From positions 101,062,001-101,126,000 of the forward strand of contig NW_024704742.1 of NCBI RefSeq assembly GCF_018977255.1: a stretch of DNA of 64,000 nucleotides, given 5' to 3'. The notes under the pieces were generated by a model. That model searched no databases. It was not told the origin of the DNA and was given only the letters and a program-made list of their open reading frames with translations. Of the stretch, positions 38,298 to 50,409 are shown in pieces. Made by a program: the position numbers and the translations under genes. How positions within the stretch are numbered: the stretch's first letter is position 1; every line of letters starts with the position of its first letter. Source of the DNA: Callorhinchus milii. Lineage: Eukaryota.

Positions 38298-39064
38298 ACA
38301 ACAACAACAACAACAAGATTCCATTTATAAAGCGCCTTTCACGTCAGGAGGACGTCCCAAGGCGCTGCACAGTTGGGGCATGACCTGAGCAGGGGGGAAA
38401 TGGTCAGGGTGAGGGGAGGGAAGGGAGGGAGTGAGGAGGGGGGAAATGGTCAGGGTGAGGGGAGGGAAGGGAGGGAGCAAGGAGGGGGAAATGGTCAGGG
38501 TGAGGGGAGGGAAGGGAGGGAGCGAGGAGGGGGAAGAGAGTCGAGAGGGGAGCTGAAGGCACGGTCAAAGAGAAAGGTTTTGAGACCGGCCTTGAAGGAG
38601 GAAAGGGAGGAAGCGGCGAAGGCACTGGGGATGGAGTTCCAGAGCCTGGGGCTGAGAGGCTGAAGGCCCGACCACCGATGGTAGGGCGGTTGGGGCGGGG
38701 ACGTGGAGCAGACCGGAGCCAGAGGAACGGAGGGTACGGGCAGGTAGGTAGGGGGATAGTAGGTTGGAGAGGTAGGAGGGAGCAAGGCCGTGAATGGCCT
38801 TGTAGGTGAGGATGAGGATCTTGAAATCAATCCTCTGGCGGATGGGGAGCCAGTGGAGGCGAGCGAGGGTGGGAGTGATGTGGTCCCGAAGCCTGGTGCG
38901 GGACAGTACACGAGCTGCAGAGTTCTGAATGACCTGCAGCTTGTGGAGGGAGGTGGCGGGAAGGCCGGCGAGGAGAGAGTTCCCATAGTCCAGCCTTGAG
39001 GTGACAAAGGCGTGGACCAGGCTTTCAGCAGCGTGAGGGGTGAGGTAATGGCGTAGTCTGGCGG
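38298..39064 (-). mobile_element. L2 3' fragment, young, with a triplicated ~47-bp UTR unit
   Basis: ORF 38565..39104 reads ARLRHYLTPHAAESLVHAFVTSRLDYGNSLLAGLP; ggggaaatggtcagggtgaggggagggaagggagggag occurs x3. Confidence 0.93.
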
Positions 39065-40054
39065 AGGAAAAGATAAAGATAGAAAAAACAATGAAAGAAT
39101 CCATTGAAGAAAGTCTGTCTGCTGGGGCCAGGGGCCAGGGATGGCTGATGGAATAGAGTCAATTGGAACATCTAGAAAGGAATTGGAGAAGTACATGCAG
39201 AGAAAGGGTATTAGACAGGACAAGAAAAGTAAAAAAATGAGGAGTAAATATAATAATACTATACAATAAATCTCAATAATACTAATACAATGGGTTGAAC
39301 GACTTCCTATTGTGTCATGGATTTCTATGGTTCAATGGTTTACCCAATTCCAGTGAAGGCCTTCACAATAACATGGTTCAAAAATATTAAATACAAAGTT
39401 TCACCAAGCTAATTCTGCAGTCTCATCTCTTTCATTGCAGATTTACTTTCCTTGTGCATTTTCTTCACAAATATGTTTCTGTGCTCTTTCTCTTTCTCTC
39501 CCAGTATGCTTTGTTACCTTGGCCCCAGACTCTCAAACCTTTTCAATATACGTTGACTCAAGATGATGCTTTGTGTAAACAATTAGCATTTACATCGGAT
39601 TTGAATTTCAACAGTTCCAAAGGAGATGTCTTGTTTACACTTATCTTGTTCGGATTGGGGTGAAGGTATTCCATATTCCCCAGTCAAATGTGTGCTGATA
39701 GCCTGGGCATTGAAACTGAGGCATAGTTTTATTCTTTTAGTTTAAGAAATTGTCAGAAGAAAATTATAAGTTAAAAGTTTGCAATACCTTATTTTATTAC
39801 AATAACATAAGATAAATGCCGAATTGCTTTGAGTCGTCTCGAAGACGTGATAAGGAGCGATATCAAATGCAAGGATTATTATTATTATTATTATTGTATA
39901 TGTTAGAATGGTGCCAATTCTGAATAAGTCACTAACATGAAGTAATTTACTTAAATTAAGTAATTTTCTTGAAATCTCACGTTTTCACTCTAAGTTGGAT
40001 TTCAACTGTATTTTGTATATATTTACTTTATTATCATTATTGCAGTGCATTGTT

Positions 40055-40381
40055 TACAACAACAACAACATTACATTTATATAGCACCTTTCACGTTGGC
40101 AGGACGTCCCAAGGCGCTGGACAGACAGAGTTACGGCCCCGAGCTGAGGGTTGGGGTGGGGGAGGGGGGAGGGAGGGTCTACTAAGGAAGCAGGGAGATC
40201 GAAAGCATGGTTGAAGAGGAGGGTCTTGAGGTGGGTCTTGAAGGTGGCGAGATGGAGGGACTGCGGGATGGAGTTCCAGAGGGTGGGTGCAGAGTGGCGG
40301 AAGGCCCGCCCGCCGATAGTGTGGTGAGCAAGGCGGGGGACGTGAAGCAGGCCGGAGCCCGCTGAGCGGAGGGAGCGAACA
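40055..40381 (-). mobile_element. L2 3' fragment
   Basis: RSLRSAGSGLLHVP...IGGRAFRHSAPTLWNSIP; tail. Confidence 0.9.
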
Positions 40382-41129
40382 TACAAATATGGTATTGCAA
40401 ACTTTTAAACTTTTATAATTTTAACTTATAATTTTCTTATGACAATTTCTTAAACTAAAAGGATAAAAAGGATAAAATACTTTAATTCTTTAATTCAAAA
40501 TACTGTCTTGAAAAATTCCCTGTGCAATTGGGGTTTAATGTAACCTGTGCAACAGAATCAAACAGTTGTCATGACAGTACATCCCACACACGGCACACTG
40601 AATTCACAATTATGAAAGATGTGAGGAGAGAGGAAAAAATACTTGCAGAATTAATGCAAGAATGTCAGGAAAGTAACGATTATTTCACTAACAAAGCGAA
40701 ACTCGTATTATTCTGTCTTGTAGCATCCAATAGTTACTGCAGTGACAAGCAGGTCTATTGGGAAAGAAAATGAATTGCAAAGGGATAGCTTCAGGGTTTT
40801 TATGAGTCATTCTTACATTGTTGTTTTCTAACAATGATACAAGTCCAAATGTTTTCCTGTGGTATGCAAGTTAAGTCAGAAAAATCAGCTAAGTGGACCC
40901 CAAAGACTTGGATCCGAAGATTATGAAACAGCAAAAGGGTGACCTGTTGTAACAACTAATTCTTCATCATCATCGAAGTGCAACATTGCTGTGAATAGGC
41001 ATGAGCTCAGTGGCTCAATTCAGTTTAATTCAAATCAACTTTTCCTCAGTCACAGACTCAATGTTATCGCCGTTCTTTTTAATCCTCTATCGCCCCCAAG
41101 ACTAGCATTGTCTAAAATAACACTTCTAA

Positions 41130-41650
41130 TTGAAGCCAGGGCTTGGAATCCATCTTGATTGGCTTGCAGCGAGGTAAGCAGCTGCTTTTCAAGCTCCCCA
41201 CCTCCAGCTGGTGGGACTGTTGCTCAGTAGGAAGGAATGTGTGTCTGAGCTGTGGACAGGAAGGTGACGGCAATGCTCTCACACATTTTATGCTGAGCTG
41301 TGTTGCCCACCAGGAGGCTTGCAAAAAGTTCCTGATGCCTCTCATCCACCTAGTGATGGGTCAGACCTGCACTTGTCAGTGGGTAAATGACCAACTCTAA
41401 CAACAACAAGGAGGCAGGCAGAAGAGTGGTGACAGTGATTTTTCTCCTTTGGGGGGAGGTAAGCGGAATCTCCTTGGAGCTCAACTGGCTCCAAGGTGAT
41501 GTGTTTCACAACGGAATGTCATAATCGAGCCATATATCTATCTACGATTTTCCGCTCAGTTCCTTTAACCCTGCAAGCCAAAGCCTTAATGAGTAGGGTG
41601 GTCCTAGCTAGACAAGCAGTGAGGAAGCTTACCTGTCTGGCAGCAGGAAC
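41130..41650 (+). repeat. Copy of the unclassified dispersed repeat (5' part)
   Basis: ggggggaggtaagc..tctcc..gagct.aactggctc.aaggtga is shared with 25345-25400. Confidence 0.7.
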
Positions 41651-42667
41651 AGCCTCTCTCCCAGCCATGCACATGAGGTGGTTCACCCTATGGTGGCCAA
41701 CGGTTAGGAAGACGCAGTTGGTAAGGAGACCTGCTTGCCTTCACCTCACCTCGAGAGGGACTTCCTGACAGACTGCAGCAACCGGGCAGTATTATTTCCA
41801 CTTCCCATGCATTGAGCTGCTTTAATGAGAAGACAGTTTTATAGGAAGGGAGAAAGGGAGGAATGGTTCGCGGGACGGATGAAATCATGCCCTGGACTGG
41901 ATGCGGCCACTCTGGCCTAGACCATAATCTCAATATTTCAATGCTGGCTTTAAACCTACAACCTTCTTTCAGAGGTGAGAGTGCTTCCAACTGAGCTAGG
42001 CACTTCGCTCATGAGTGAAGCTTACTGAGAAAAGCAGCCTTATTCACACAAATAGTGTTATATTCACCTGCAGTAGTGATACTCTTGTGTCCTTTATAAC
42101 TCAGAGTGTCACTGTGAATACACTTGTACATATGTCATGTTATGGTTGCACAGACAAGCCTGTGGATGTACTGCCGTTGTCCAAATTTTGAAGGGAACTA
42201 GAGCAGGCAGATTGTGCCAAGAATCTATTCATCAGTGAGAGTTTAATGCCCCTGGGGAAGAAAGGGCGCTAGTGAATACAGGTTTCACTGTGTGCCTTGA
42301 ATTTGTAATCTCGTGACATACATTGGTTTCTGAAAAACTGTAGGCTTCAACAATTCAGGCAAGTGTGGATCATTAATTTATCTAGCCTTCTTTTCCTCAA
42401 AATTGCTTGAACACTTTCTGATATGTTAGACACCTGACTGACCAAAAAAATTAGTATCCCAACCAAGCAGAATTCCATACATCCCACCTACATATGAAAT
42501 TTCCAGAGATATTTATTGAAATAAAATGCACATTATCTCCCTGGAAGGACACATCCTGCTTACATAATTCTGAAGAATATTGAGCACAGGTTGGCAAGTG
42601 TGTCTTAAGGTACTGCTGGAGACTAACCAACTAACCAAACAGTTTGCCCTAATTCAAGTTAAGACTA

Positions 42668-42998
42668 TAATAATAATAATAATAATAATAATCCTTGCAT
42701 TTGATATAGCGCTTTTCACGTCGGGAGGACGTCCCAAAGCGCTTCACAGAACACACTGTAAAGTGAATTGACTGTATATTTGTGGGCGAACGCGGCAGCC
42801 AATTGCGCACAGCAATGTCCCACAAACAGTCGTAGATTGAAAATGACCAATTTATAATTGTTTGGGGTTTTTGGAGAGATTATTATTAGGCGTGTGGAGT
42901 AAGGAAACTTGCCCAAGGTTTCGCCCTCTGCCTGGAATTGAACTCAGGTCTCTCACTTGCAAAGCGAGTGCTCTAACCACCGAGCTACAGGACTCCAC
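42668..42998 (-). mobile_element. Full-length young SINE (subfamily A)
   Basis: Near-identical to 3284-3607. Confidence 0.93.
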
Positions 42999-43175
42999 TA
43001 TCAAGTCTGCCCTCAGTTTTTCAAAACAACAGTCTTAAGTTGCCTAATTTTTCCTCATCAATCGGAATCAGGACAGTGAAAGTAATATTATATGACCTTG
43101 AGAGAATAAACTTATAATAATTCTTGCATTTGATCCAGTTCTCGAGTTCTCAATCACATCATTAGATATCACAAT

Positions 43176-43476
43176 GCTCAGTGGTTAGAGCACTCCTCTT
43201 GCAAGTGAGACACCTGAGTTCAATTCCAGGCAGGGCCAAACCTTGGGCAAGTTTCCTTACTCCACACACCTAATAATAATCCCTCCAAACAAAACAATAA
43301 TAAATTGGTATTTTCAATCCATGACTGTTTGTGGGACACGGCTGTGCGCGATTGGCTGCCGCGTTTTGACCACAAATATACGGTCAATTCACTTTACAGC
43401 ATATTCTGTGAAGCGCTTTGAGACGTCGAGAAGACATAAAAAGCACTATATCAAATGCAAGGATTATTATTATTAT
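43176..43476 (+). mobile_element. SINE subfamily A, older tail type
   Basis: Head slightly truncated; tail gagacgtcgagaagacat. Confidence 0.9.
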
Positions 43477-44027
43477 TTACAACAATAACAATTTACACTT
43501 GTATCGCTTCCATCACGTCGGAAAGACGGTCCAGTTACTGTGAATCATAGTGACTGCATCTTGCGCATGGCATCAATAACATTTTGGTGGGGGGGGTGTG
43601 GTGGTGGTGGGTCATTGTATCCAAGTTTGTATCCAAGTTGTATTTTCTGCAGTGTGTTTTTTGACTCTGTATCCAGTTTCTGTGATGGTCTAGTTAATGT
43701 GTTTTCCAACGGTATACAGGTCTGCTTTTCTGTCATCCAATATGCATTCACTTTCCTAGTAAAGTCCCTGGAGATTTTTATGGTGGCTTCTATACAAATA
43801 GTTCTATCTCAAGACTCAGATAACTTTGATTCAGGGATGCGAGAGGGTGTTAAATCCAATTCAAAGCCCAATTACTCCAAATACTCGCCTTCACTGTTTG
43901 TTTTCTCTAATTTAAAAGCTTCAAGCAACTTTCAGTCAGCAATGAGAAAACCACAGCAGACTGATAAAAAAAGTATACCTCCTACTCAGTTTGGCTGGCA
44001 TCTTGTTTGAACAAACAGTATATATCA

Positions 44028-44452
44028 TGTGCCAGTCTGGCTCAGCTGTGGTAGCACTTTTACCTCTAAATCAGAAGGCTGTGGGTTAAAACCCCACATC
44101 GGGACTTTGAACTCACATTATCTAAGCTGACACTCCATTGCAGGGCTGGGGATGCTCTGCATTGTTGGAGGTACTGTCCTACGTTAAAATAAAGTTCTGT
44201 CTGCCTGTTCAGGTGGACATTAAAGATTCTATGGCACTATTTGAAAAGAGAATGGAGTTTCTCACAGTGTTCTGGCTAATCATCCCCCAGATAAAATTGG
44301 TCATTCACTTCACACCTGCTTGTGGGATATTGCTGTGTACAAATCAGCTGCTGTGTTTGCCTACAAAATACACAATGCCTACACTTTACAGTAAATTTAG
44401 TGAAACATTTTGAAATGTCCTCCCAATGTGAAAGGTACTAATATAAAATGTA
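44028..44452 (+). mobile_element. Old Deu-SINE, near full length
   Basis: tRNA head, Deu core and tail. Confidence 0.8.
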
Positions 44453-44719
44453 CCATAATATATCCTTGAATCATTTCTCAGCAATAATCTGCATGGTGCA
44501 CAGCTTGATATTACACTGTTAATTGTTATGTTAAATCCAAGTTAAGCATAACCCAAATAAAGCTACTGATTAATGTTGGTCATGAAGTGGGACATAGCTG
44601 AAGGAGTGCAATTAACGTTGCTATATCTCCTAATTAAATAAGATAAAAGTTGCTATTCGCATGTAACCTCAGAACACCATTGGGCAACACACACTACCTC
44701 CCCCCATCGATCAGTAGTG

Positions 44720-44820
44720 TGTTTTCAGTTTTTTCTTGATTTAATATTTCTGGATTAATGGCATGGATCAAGAAATATTCAATCAAGAACATTTATTTTG
44801 TTGGCCGACCATGAAGGTTC
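44720..44820. mobile_element. Right half of the hAT MITE family of 3934-4149
   Basis: ttcttgatttaatatttctgg...tcaagaaatattcaatcaagaa...ttgttggccgacca. Confidence 0.7.
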
Positions 44821-45364
44821 AGAGCAAGGTCGAATATGTAGGTAGAAAACCTGTTACTATTGAATCATTAGTACTGAAACAGCATTGTAATGTGGCATTG
44901 AAGAACAATTTCTATCCTTGAACAGTAGATAAATCCACCGACCTGCTAGCCTGTAATGAATTTTCCACCAAGAGAGGCACTGACAGATTTAAATCTATAA
45001 AATGATGCAAAACAATCCAATACATTGCAGGGTAGAGTCTCAGAGCGCTGAGAGTGCATGGTGCATGGAGCAGAATAAGCCACTTTAATAAGCCACACAC
45101 TATATCTTTTCAGTCCATTGTTGATCATAACAGTGGAAATAATCTCTTCAATATCAAGAAGTTTGCACTCTGGTTCCTCTTTACTTTTACTTACAAACTG
45201 TCTCCCCTCTGATTAATTGGAACAAAAAGCTTGTAGCTGCTGCCAAAAGGATCACATGCAATCTTACAACAAACCAAGCACTGTGAGCTCAGCCAGTAAT
45301 TCATGATGAAATAGAATAGTACTGTACAATCAAACCTGTATTCAACACCCACTCAGGGAACTAG

Positions 45365-46718
45365 ACCAAAGTGGCTTTTATGTTTCCGTGCCCACACCAT
45401 GGAAAAAGCCCTGGTCAAGGGGACAAATGACATTCTGTCCATCTGTGACCAGAGCTCCCTCTGTTTCCTCATCCTCCTCGACCTCTCTCCTGCCTTCGAC
45501 ACTGTGGACCACTCGATCCTACTCCACAGCCTCTCCTCTCACCTCAACCTTCAAGGTTCTGTCCTTGGATGGTTCAGATCCTATCTCTCACATCGGCTCC
45601 ACATTGTCTCCACAAAGTTTCTCTTCCAGCCCCTACACCGCCTTGTGCTGTGTTTCTCAGGACTCTGTCCTCGGTCCTCTACTCTTCAACCTGTACATGC
45701 TGACATCATCCGCAGACATGGGGTCAACTTCCGCATGTACGGGATGACACACGACTCTATCTCTCCGTCTTCACCCTCGGCTCCAGGACAACTGGCGTCC
45801 TGACAGACTGCCTGTCAGTTATCAAATTCTGGATGAGAACCAACTTTCTACAGTTGAACATCAATAAGACTGAGGCTCTCCTGTTTGGCTCCTGTCAGCG
45901 CTTCCAAAAGTCAGGCACTGGAAGCATCAGAATCCATGGATGCACACTCCACCTCACCAAACCAGTCAAGAATTTGGGCATCTTGTTTGACCCTCAACTA
46001 TCCTTTCTCCCCCACATCCATGCCATTATCCACTCTGCCTTCCCCCATCTTCAAAGCATTGCCCGACTCCTCCACTGCCTCACCCCTCAAGATGCCAAAA
46101 CCCTCAAACGTGTCTTCATTACAACCAAGCTCGACTATGCCAATGCCCTGCTTGTTGGCCTGCCTAACCCTTCCCTCCACAAGCTTCAGATCATCCAGAA
46201 CTCTGCAGCTCATGTCCTCTCCCACTCCAGGCTCTGTAACCCCATCACACCCACTGACGCCCAGCTCCAATGGCTCCCCATCCCTCAGAGGATCTAGTTC
46301 AAAATCTTCATTTTCATGACATTGCCCCCTCCTACCTCTCCGACCTGCTAACCTCTTATCAACCTGTCCGCTCCCTCTGCTCAGTAGGCTCCAGCCTGCT
46401 GCATGTCCCGCACCCGGCCTGCACCACCATCGGCAGTCTCTGCCCCCACCCTCTTCCATCAGCTTCTCTGCCTCCACCATCTGGAACTCCATCCCACATT
46501 TCCTTCACCTGGCTCCCTCCCGTGCCTCCTTCAAGGCACACATCAAGACCCTCCTCTTTCACTCTGACTTTGGCCACCCTCCTACTCTCTCTGCCCCCCA
46601 CTCTCCCTGATCCCAACCAACTCCCCCATTTGGGTCCTAATTCCTGATTGTTCAGCACCTTGGGAAGTCCTGCTGATGTGAAAGGCGCTTTACAAATGTC
46701 ATTTTGTATTGTGTTGTA
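45365..46718 (+). mobile_element. L2 LINE, 1.35-kb 3' part including the RT domain, frameshifted
   Basis: LILLDLSPAFDTVDH, SQDSVLGPLLFNLYM, WMRTNFLQLNINKTE motifs; tail. Confidence 0.93.
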
Positions 46719-46797
46719 TGTAAGAGTGGCTTTTGAGTAAGGATTCATTGGTTGTCAACTGGGCTTGAAAAAGTTAAAAACAATTCCGCAAGTTGAA

Positions 46798-46964
46798 AAT
46801 TTCCACAGGCCCACAAGTAGACTCCTGCTAGACTCTTTGCGCATTTACCAATGCTATCTCACCCGTGAAGAGGGAAGCTGTGGGCATCATATGGGCTCCT
46901 CATTGCGGTGTTGGCAAATGCGCTAGAAGTCTAGTGGGAGTCTACACAAGGGACTGCGGAAATT
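46798..46964. repeat. Palindromic MITE-like element with ~55-60-bp inverted arms
   Basis: aatttccacaggccc..gtagactcctgctagact..gcgcatttaccaa pairs with ttggcaaatgcgc..agtctagtgggagtctac..gggactgcggaaatt. Confidence 0.75.
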
Positions 46965-47755
46965 AGTAATTCATTACTGGTAGTACATTACATTCACTTA
47001 GAAGTGGCCTCTGAAACTGGTACCAATGTTGAGGGATTACAGTTATTCAATACCTTCTGTTTTCACTGGATCAGCGAAAGTTAAGAGTAAATATAATAGA
47101 TGTCTTTAAAACTCTGAAAGATTTTAAATGAATAAATAGTGAAAGATTATTCCTGTTGGTTAGTAAGTTGATAACAAGGGAGCATAAACCTAGGACTATG
47201 ACTGGAAGGTTTAAGGGGGGAGGGTTGGGCGAAGGTTAGGAGCGATGTATTTATGCAGGAGCCTCCCCATGCAACCCTGCCTGAGACAAACTCAGCACAG
47301 ACCTGTGGTATGACTTCTTAATAAAAATTCCGTATCAAAAAATCCTGTTAAGAAATACCACATTTTAGACCTGAATGCAGCATAGCTACTTGGTAATTGC
47401 TCCAGTGTTAACTGCAGGCTTTCTCTTGTGCTGCAAATTTTATGATTCTATGATCTATGCTCTTTTCCTCCTCAATAATTCCTTGGTTAATACTGCAGTC
47501 TTATAGTTTGAGCCAGAGGCTTCAAGACTTCTGTTAATAATGGAGCTGACAGTAGACAGCACTGCAGAGTTTCCTGTCTGAGAGAATTCAAAAGCAGCAT
47601 ATTAGTTGGTTGGCAGTTCTCTAATCCACCTGAAGAACTTTTAGCCAGGGTCAAATCTCTCTCAAGTTACAGAAAAAGCAGTTGCATTTCAGCCGGTTAA
47701 GCATCTTTGTGACATCCGGCAAAATAGTCGCAGGTAATATTTTGTATTCCCTTAC

Positions 47756-49736
47756 CTCGCTCATAATATAAATGATTCTTTGCTCTGTGCATTACTTGTT
47801 TGAATATTTCTCACTTGGTTTGGTCCCATTATATCACAAAATATCCCCTCTAACTGGCTTGTCAGCAGCTCGGCAATTATTTCAGCAGCGATGTGGGTCA
47901 GTAACCAACGCAGTCCAGGGGGACTTATTCAGCTAACAAATAAGCACAAACTAAAACTGTTCCTTTCTATAATACTGCTAACACTTTCCCTTATTGTTGA
48001 ACCTTTTTCCTCCATGGAGCTCATTCTCGCCAACAATGGAGAGTAGCAATCTGCAGGGAATTCGGTCTCCCGGTGCATTATCTGCGGGTAAATTGTAATT
48101 GTTTTTTGAATCTCCTCCACATTCCTTGACATCTTTGTGTCTGCCAGAACCTGTGGAGTCCTGTAGCTCAGTGGTTAGAGCACTCGTCTTGCAAGCAAGA
48201 CACCTGGGTCCAATTCCAGGCAGGGCGAAACCTTGGGCAAGTTTCTTTACTCCACACACCTACTAATAATCCCTCCAAAACAAAACAAAAAAAATAATAA
48301 ATTGGTCATTTTCAATCCACGACTGTTTGAGGGACACTGCTGTGTGCAATTGGCTGCTGCGTTTCGCCCATAAGTATACGGTCAATTCACTTTACAGCAT
48401 ATTCTGTGAAGCGCTTTGAGAAATCTGGAAGACATGAAAAGCGCTATATGAATGCAAGGATTATTATTATTTTACCCCACCCCCACCCCGAAAAAAATCT
48501 CAGGACTTTCTCTGGTTTAGCTTACCATCCACTGTGTACTGTGTAATTTCTCTTTTGTGAAATTCACTGAATGCCTCATTGATTTCTTTAGCCTCGTGGG
48601 TGATTCATTCCTCCTGATAGTTAACCCTCTGAAGGATATTAGAATCTTTCCATGTCCTTGGTGCACATGTTGGTACTTTTTCAGTTTTGTCCCTTGTATG
48701 TAAAAGCATGTACAAGGGATCGGTTGGATTAATTGGCATTCAATGTTTTCTATTGCTAGATTGTTGCATTGAAATTTGGCTGTAGTTCGTTCTGACAATA
48801 ATAATATGATGGATGCCTATAAGCTGTTCTGGAGATAGTTAACTGAGTCACCCCCTCCTCATCTTTTTGTTTTCTGTCAATGCAACGGTTCTTTTGTAAG
48901 CGTCCTACATAAATCTTTTGAGATCTCATCATTCCATTATTTACTATGAAGTACAAATGTTTCCCACACAGGAATTAAACAACCAGTGGATGGTGCATAC
49001 AGGATCTCTTATTGTCTTGGTGTCAGGATGTGCTCTACTGACTCCAACAAGAACCGTATGTAGTCTGAAATAGTAATTATCCCCATCTGGGATTCCCAAA
49101 CCATTCCACTCAGACATGAAGAAGTCACACTGATAAAGTCCACTGATCCAGTGTGTCTGTATTTCAGTGAGAAGATGGAATCATATTGCTTTACCTTGTC
49201 ATTCACTTGAAAGCACTTGAAGTACACTTTTCCCTCTCTGCTCAGTCATGTCACAACCTAATTCCTCTCCTTTTTGGAAGTGATTCTCTTGAAATAGTGT
49301 AATGTTGTGCTTTCATGGACATTGCCATATACTCTTGTGGTTATCAGCATCTCCTGCCTCGAGTGACAAGACAATTCACAAGTGAAATGTACAGGACCAT
49401 TCAGTCATTAAATATGCAACTAAGATACAGATGGGCAAAAACTCATGATTTGCATTATACAGAGCACATTCAGTGATGTCGGCCACTAATGGAATTTCTG
49501 CATTAAAATTGTGCATCACCCAAAGCGATACAGGGAACTGAATAGAATTTCAGCCCCAAAAATGAGCAACAACCTTCAGCAAATTTGCATTCATTTTAGT
49601 GCAGTAATGGAACATCCTCATTAATATCCATCATCAGCAGTTTGATATTGATTGTTGTCAGTTTCTTTTCAGTGACTGACCTGAGTAAACACGAGGCATT
49701 GCCCCAGAAGCAGAGCCAATATAAAAGTGGCGCCGT
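47756..49736 (-). pseudogene. Putative decayed Ig-superfamily gene: leader exon 49736-49681 and large multi-Ig exon ~49357-47756, interrupted by a SINE
   Basis: Manual translation gives VYGNVHESTTLH[Y], VVT[*]LSREGK, SIFSLKYRH..SGLYQC, TQLTISRTAYRHPSYYYCQ and VHSGW[*]; donors CAG|gtcagt (49681) and GAG|gtaagg (47756); many stops and frameshifts. Confidence 0.5.
48153..48471 (+). mobile_element. Full-length SINE subfamily A
   Basis: Head gtggagtcctgtagctcagtgg, core and tail. Confidence 0.92.
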
Positions 49737-49900
49737 AATTTTTCTGCGGAACCTGCTGCAAACAACCTCCTCTGCTACAAATCTGTAAAGATGCAGTGTG
49801 CTCAGCCCTGGGCCTGGGTGTCCGCCGCCTCGTGCAGGCTGTTTGCTCAACGACACTTCTGTGGGCGAAGTGGCTCCGGACACTCATGCGCAGTGCGGCA
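49715..49900 (+). promoter_or_regulatory. CpG-rich candidate promoter
   Basis: CCAATATAAAAG at 49716-49727; local CpG enrichment against a CpG-depleted window; NRF1-like CATGCGCAGTGCG at ~49885. Confidence 0.45.
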
Positions 49901-49940
49901 CGAGAGGGTAATGGGCTTCGCTCTCCACGAGGACCTGCTG
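49791..49940 (+). CDS. Candidate first exon of an unidentified gene (MQCAQPWAWVSAASCRLFAQRHF...MGFALHEDLL); may be non-coding
   Basis: ATG in aagATG context, 150 nt open, then donor CTG|gtaaga; no downstream exon recognised. Confidence 0.3.
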
Positions 49941-49949
49941 GTAAGATTG

Positions 49950-50160
49950 TCTGTATGTCTCTCCCTTCTCCGTATGTGTATGTGTCTCTCTCTGTGTCTG
50001 TGAGTGTGTCTCTCTCTCTTCTTTATGTGTAGGTGTTTGTGAGTCTCTGTCTGTACGTGTGTGTCTGAGTGTATGTGTCTCTCTCTATGTCTGTGAGTGT
50101 GTCTCTCGCAATCTGTGAGTGTGTGTCTGTGAGTCTCTCTCTGTCTGTGAGTCTGTATCT
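49950..50160. repeat. Compound (CT)/(GT) microsatellite
   Basis: Seen directly. Confidence 0.9.
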
Positions 50161-50409
50161 GCGTTCAGTGGCAGCCCTGAGAGGCAGGGACTGGTGACCT
50201 CCTGAAGTGTAATGTGGGGTGGAAAAGGACCATTCAGCCCTTTGAGCCTTCACTATTGTTTTCCCCCTTACCAACTGCACCCTGCAAGTGGGCCACCCAG
50301 TTTTTGTTAAAAAAAGCATTAATAGGTTTAATAGCACAATCTAATGTGTGTTATTTCTTCATGTTTAGTCTTAATCAATAAAGTGAAAAATGTAGGTCAC
50401 CAGTAAAAT

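Noticed and set aside
39505..39663. Strong acceptor followed by a 52-codon open frame
   Set aside because: Unrecognised peptide and weak donor; the pyrimidine tract may be simple sequence.
43540..44010. 156-aa ORF
   Set aside because: Non-ATG start, low-complexity composition, and no domain or splice support.
48517..49360. Rearranging Ig/TCR V segments
   Set aside because: No CACAGTG-12/23-ACAAAAACC signal after the YYC motifs, and domains are in tandem; treated as a non-rearranging Ig-superfamily fossil.
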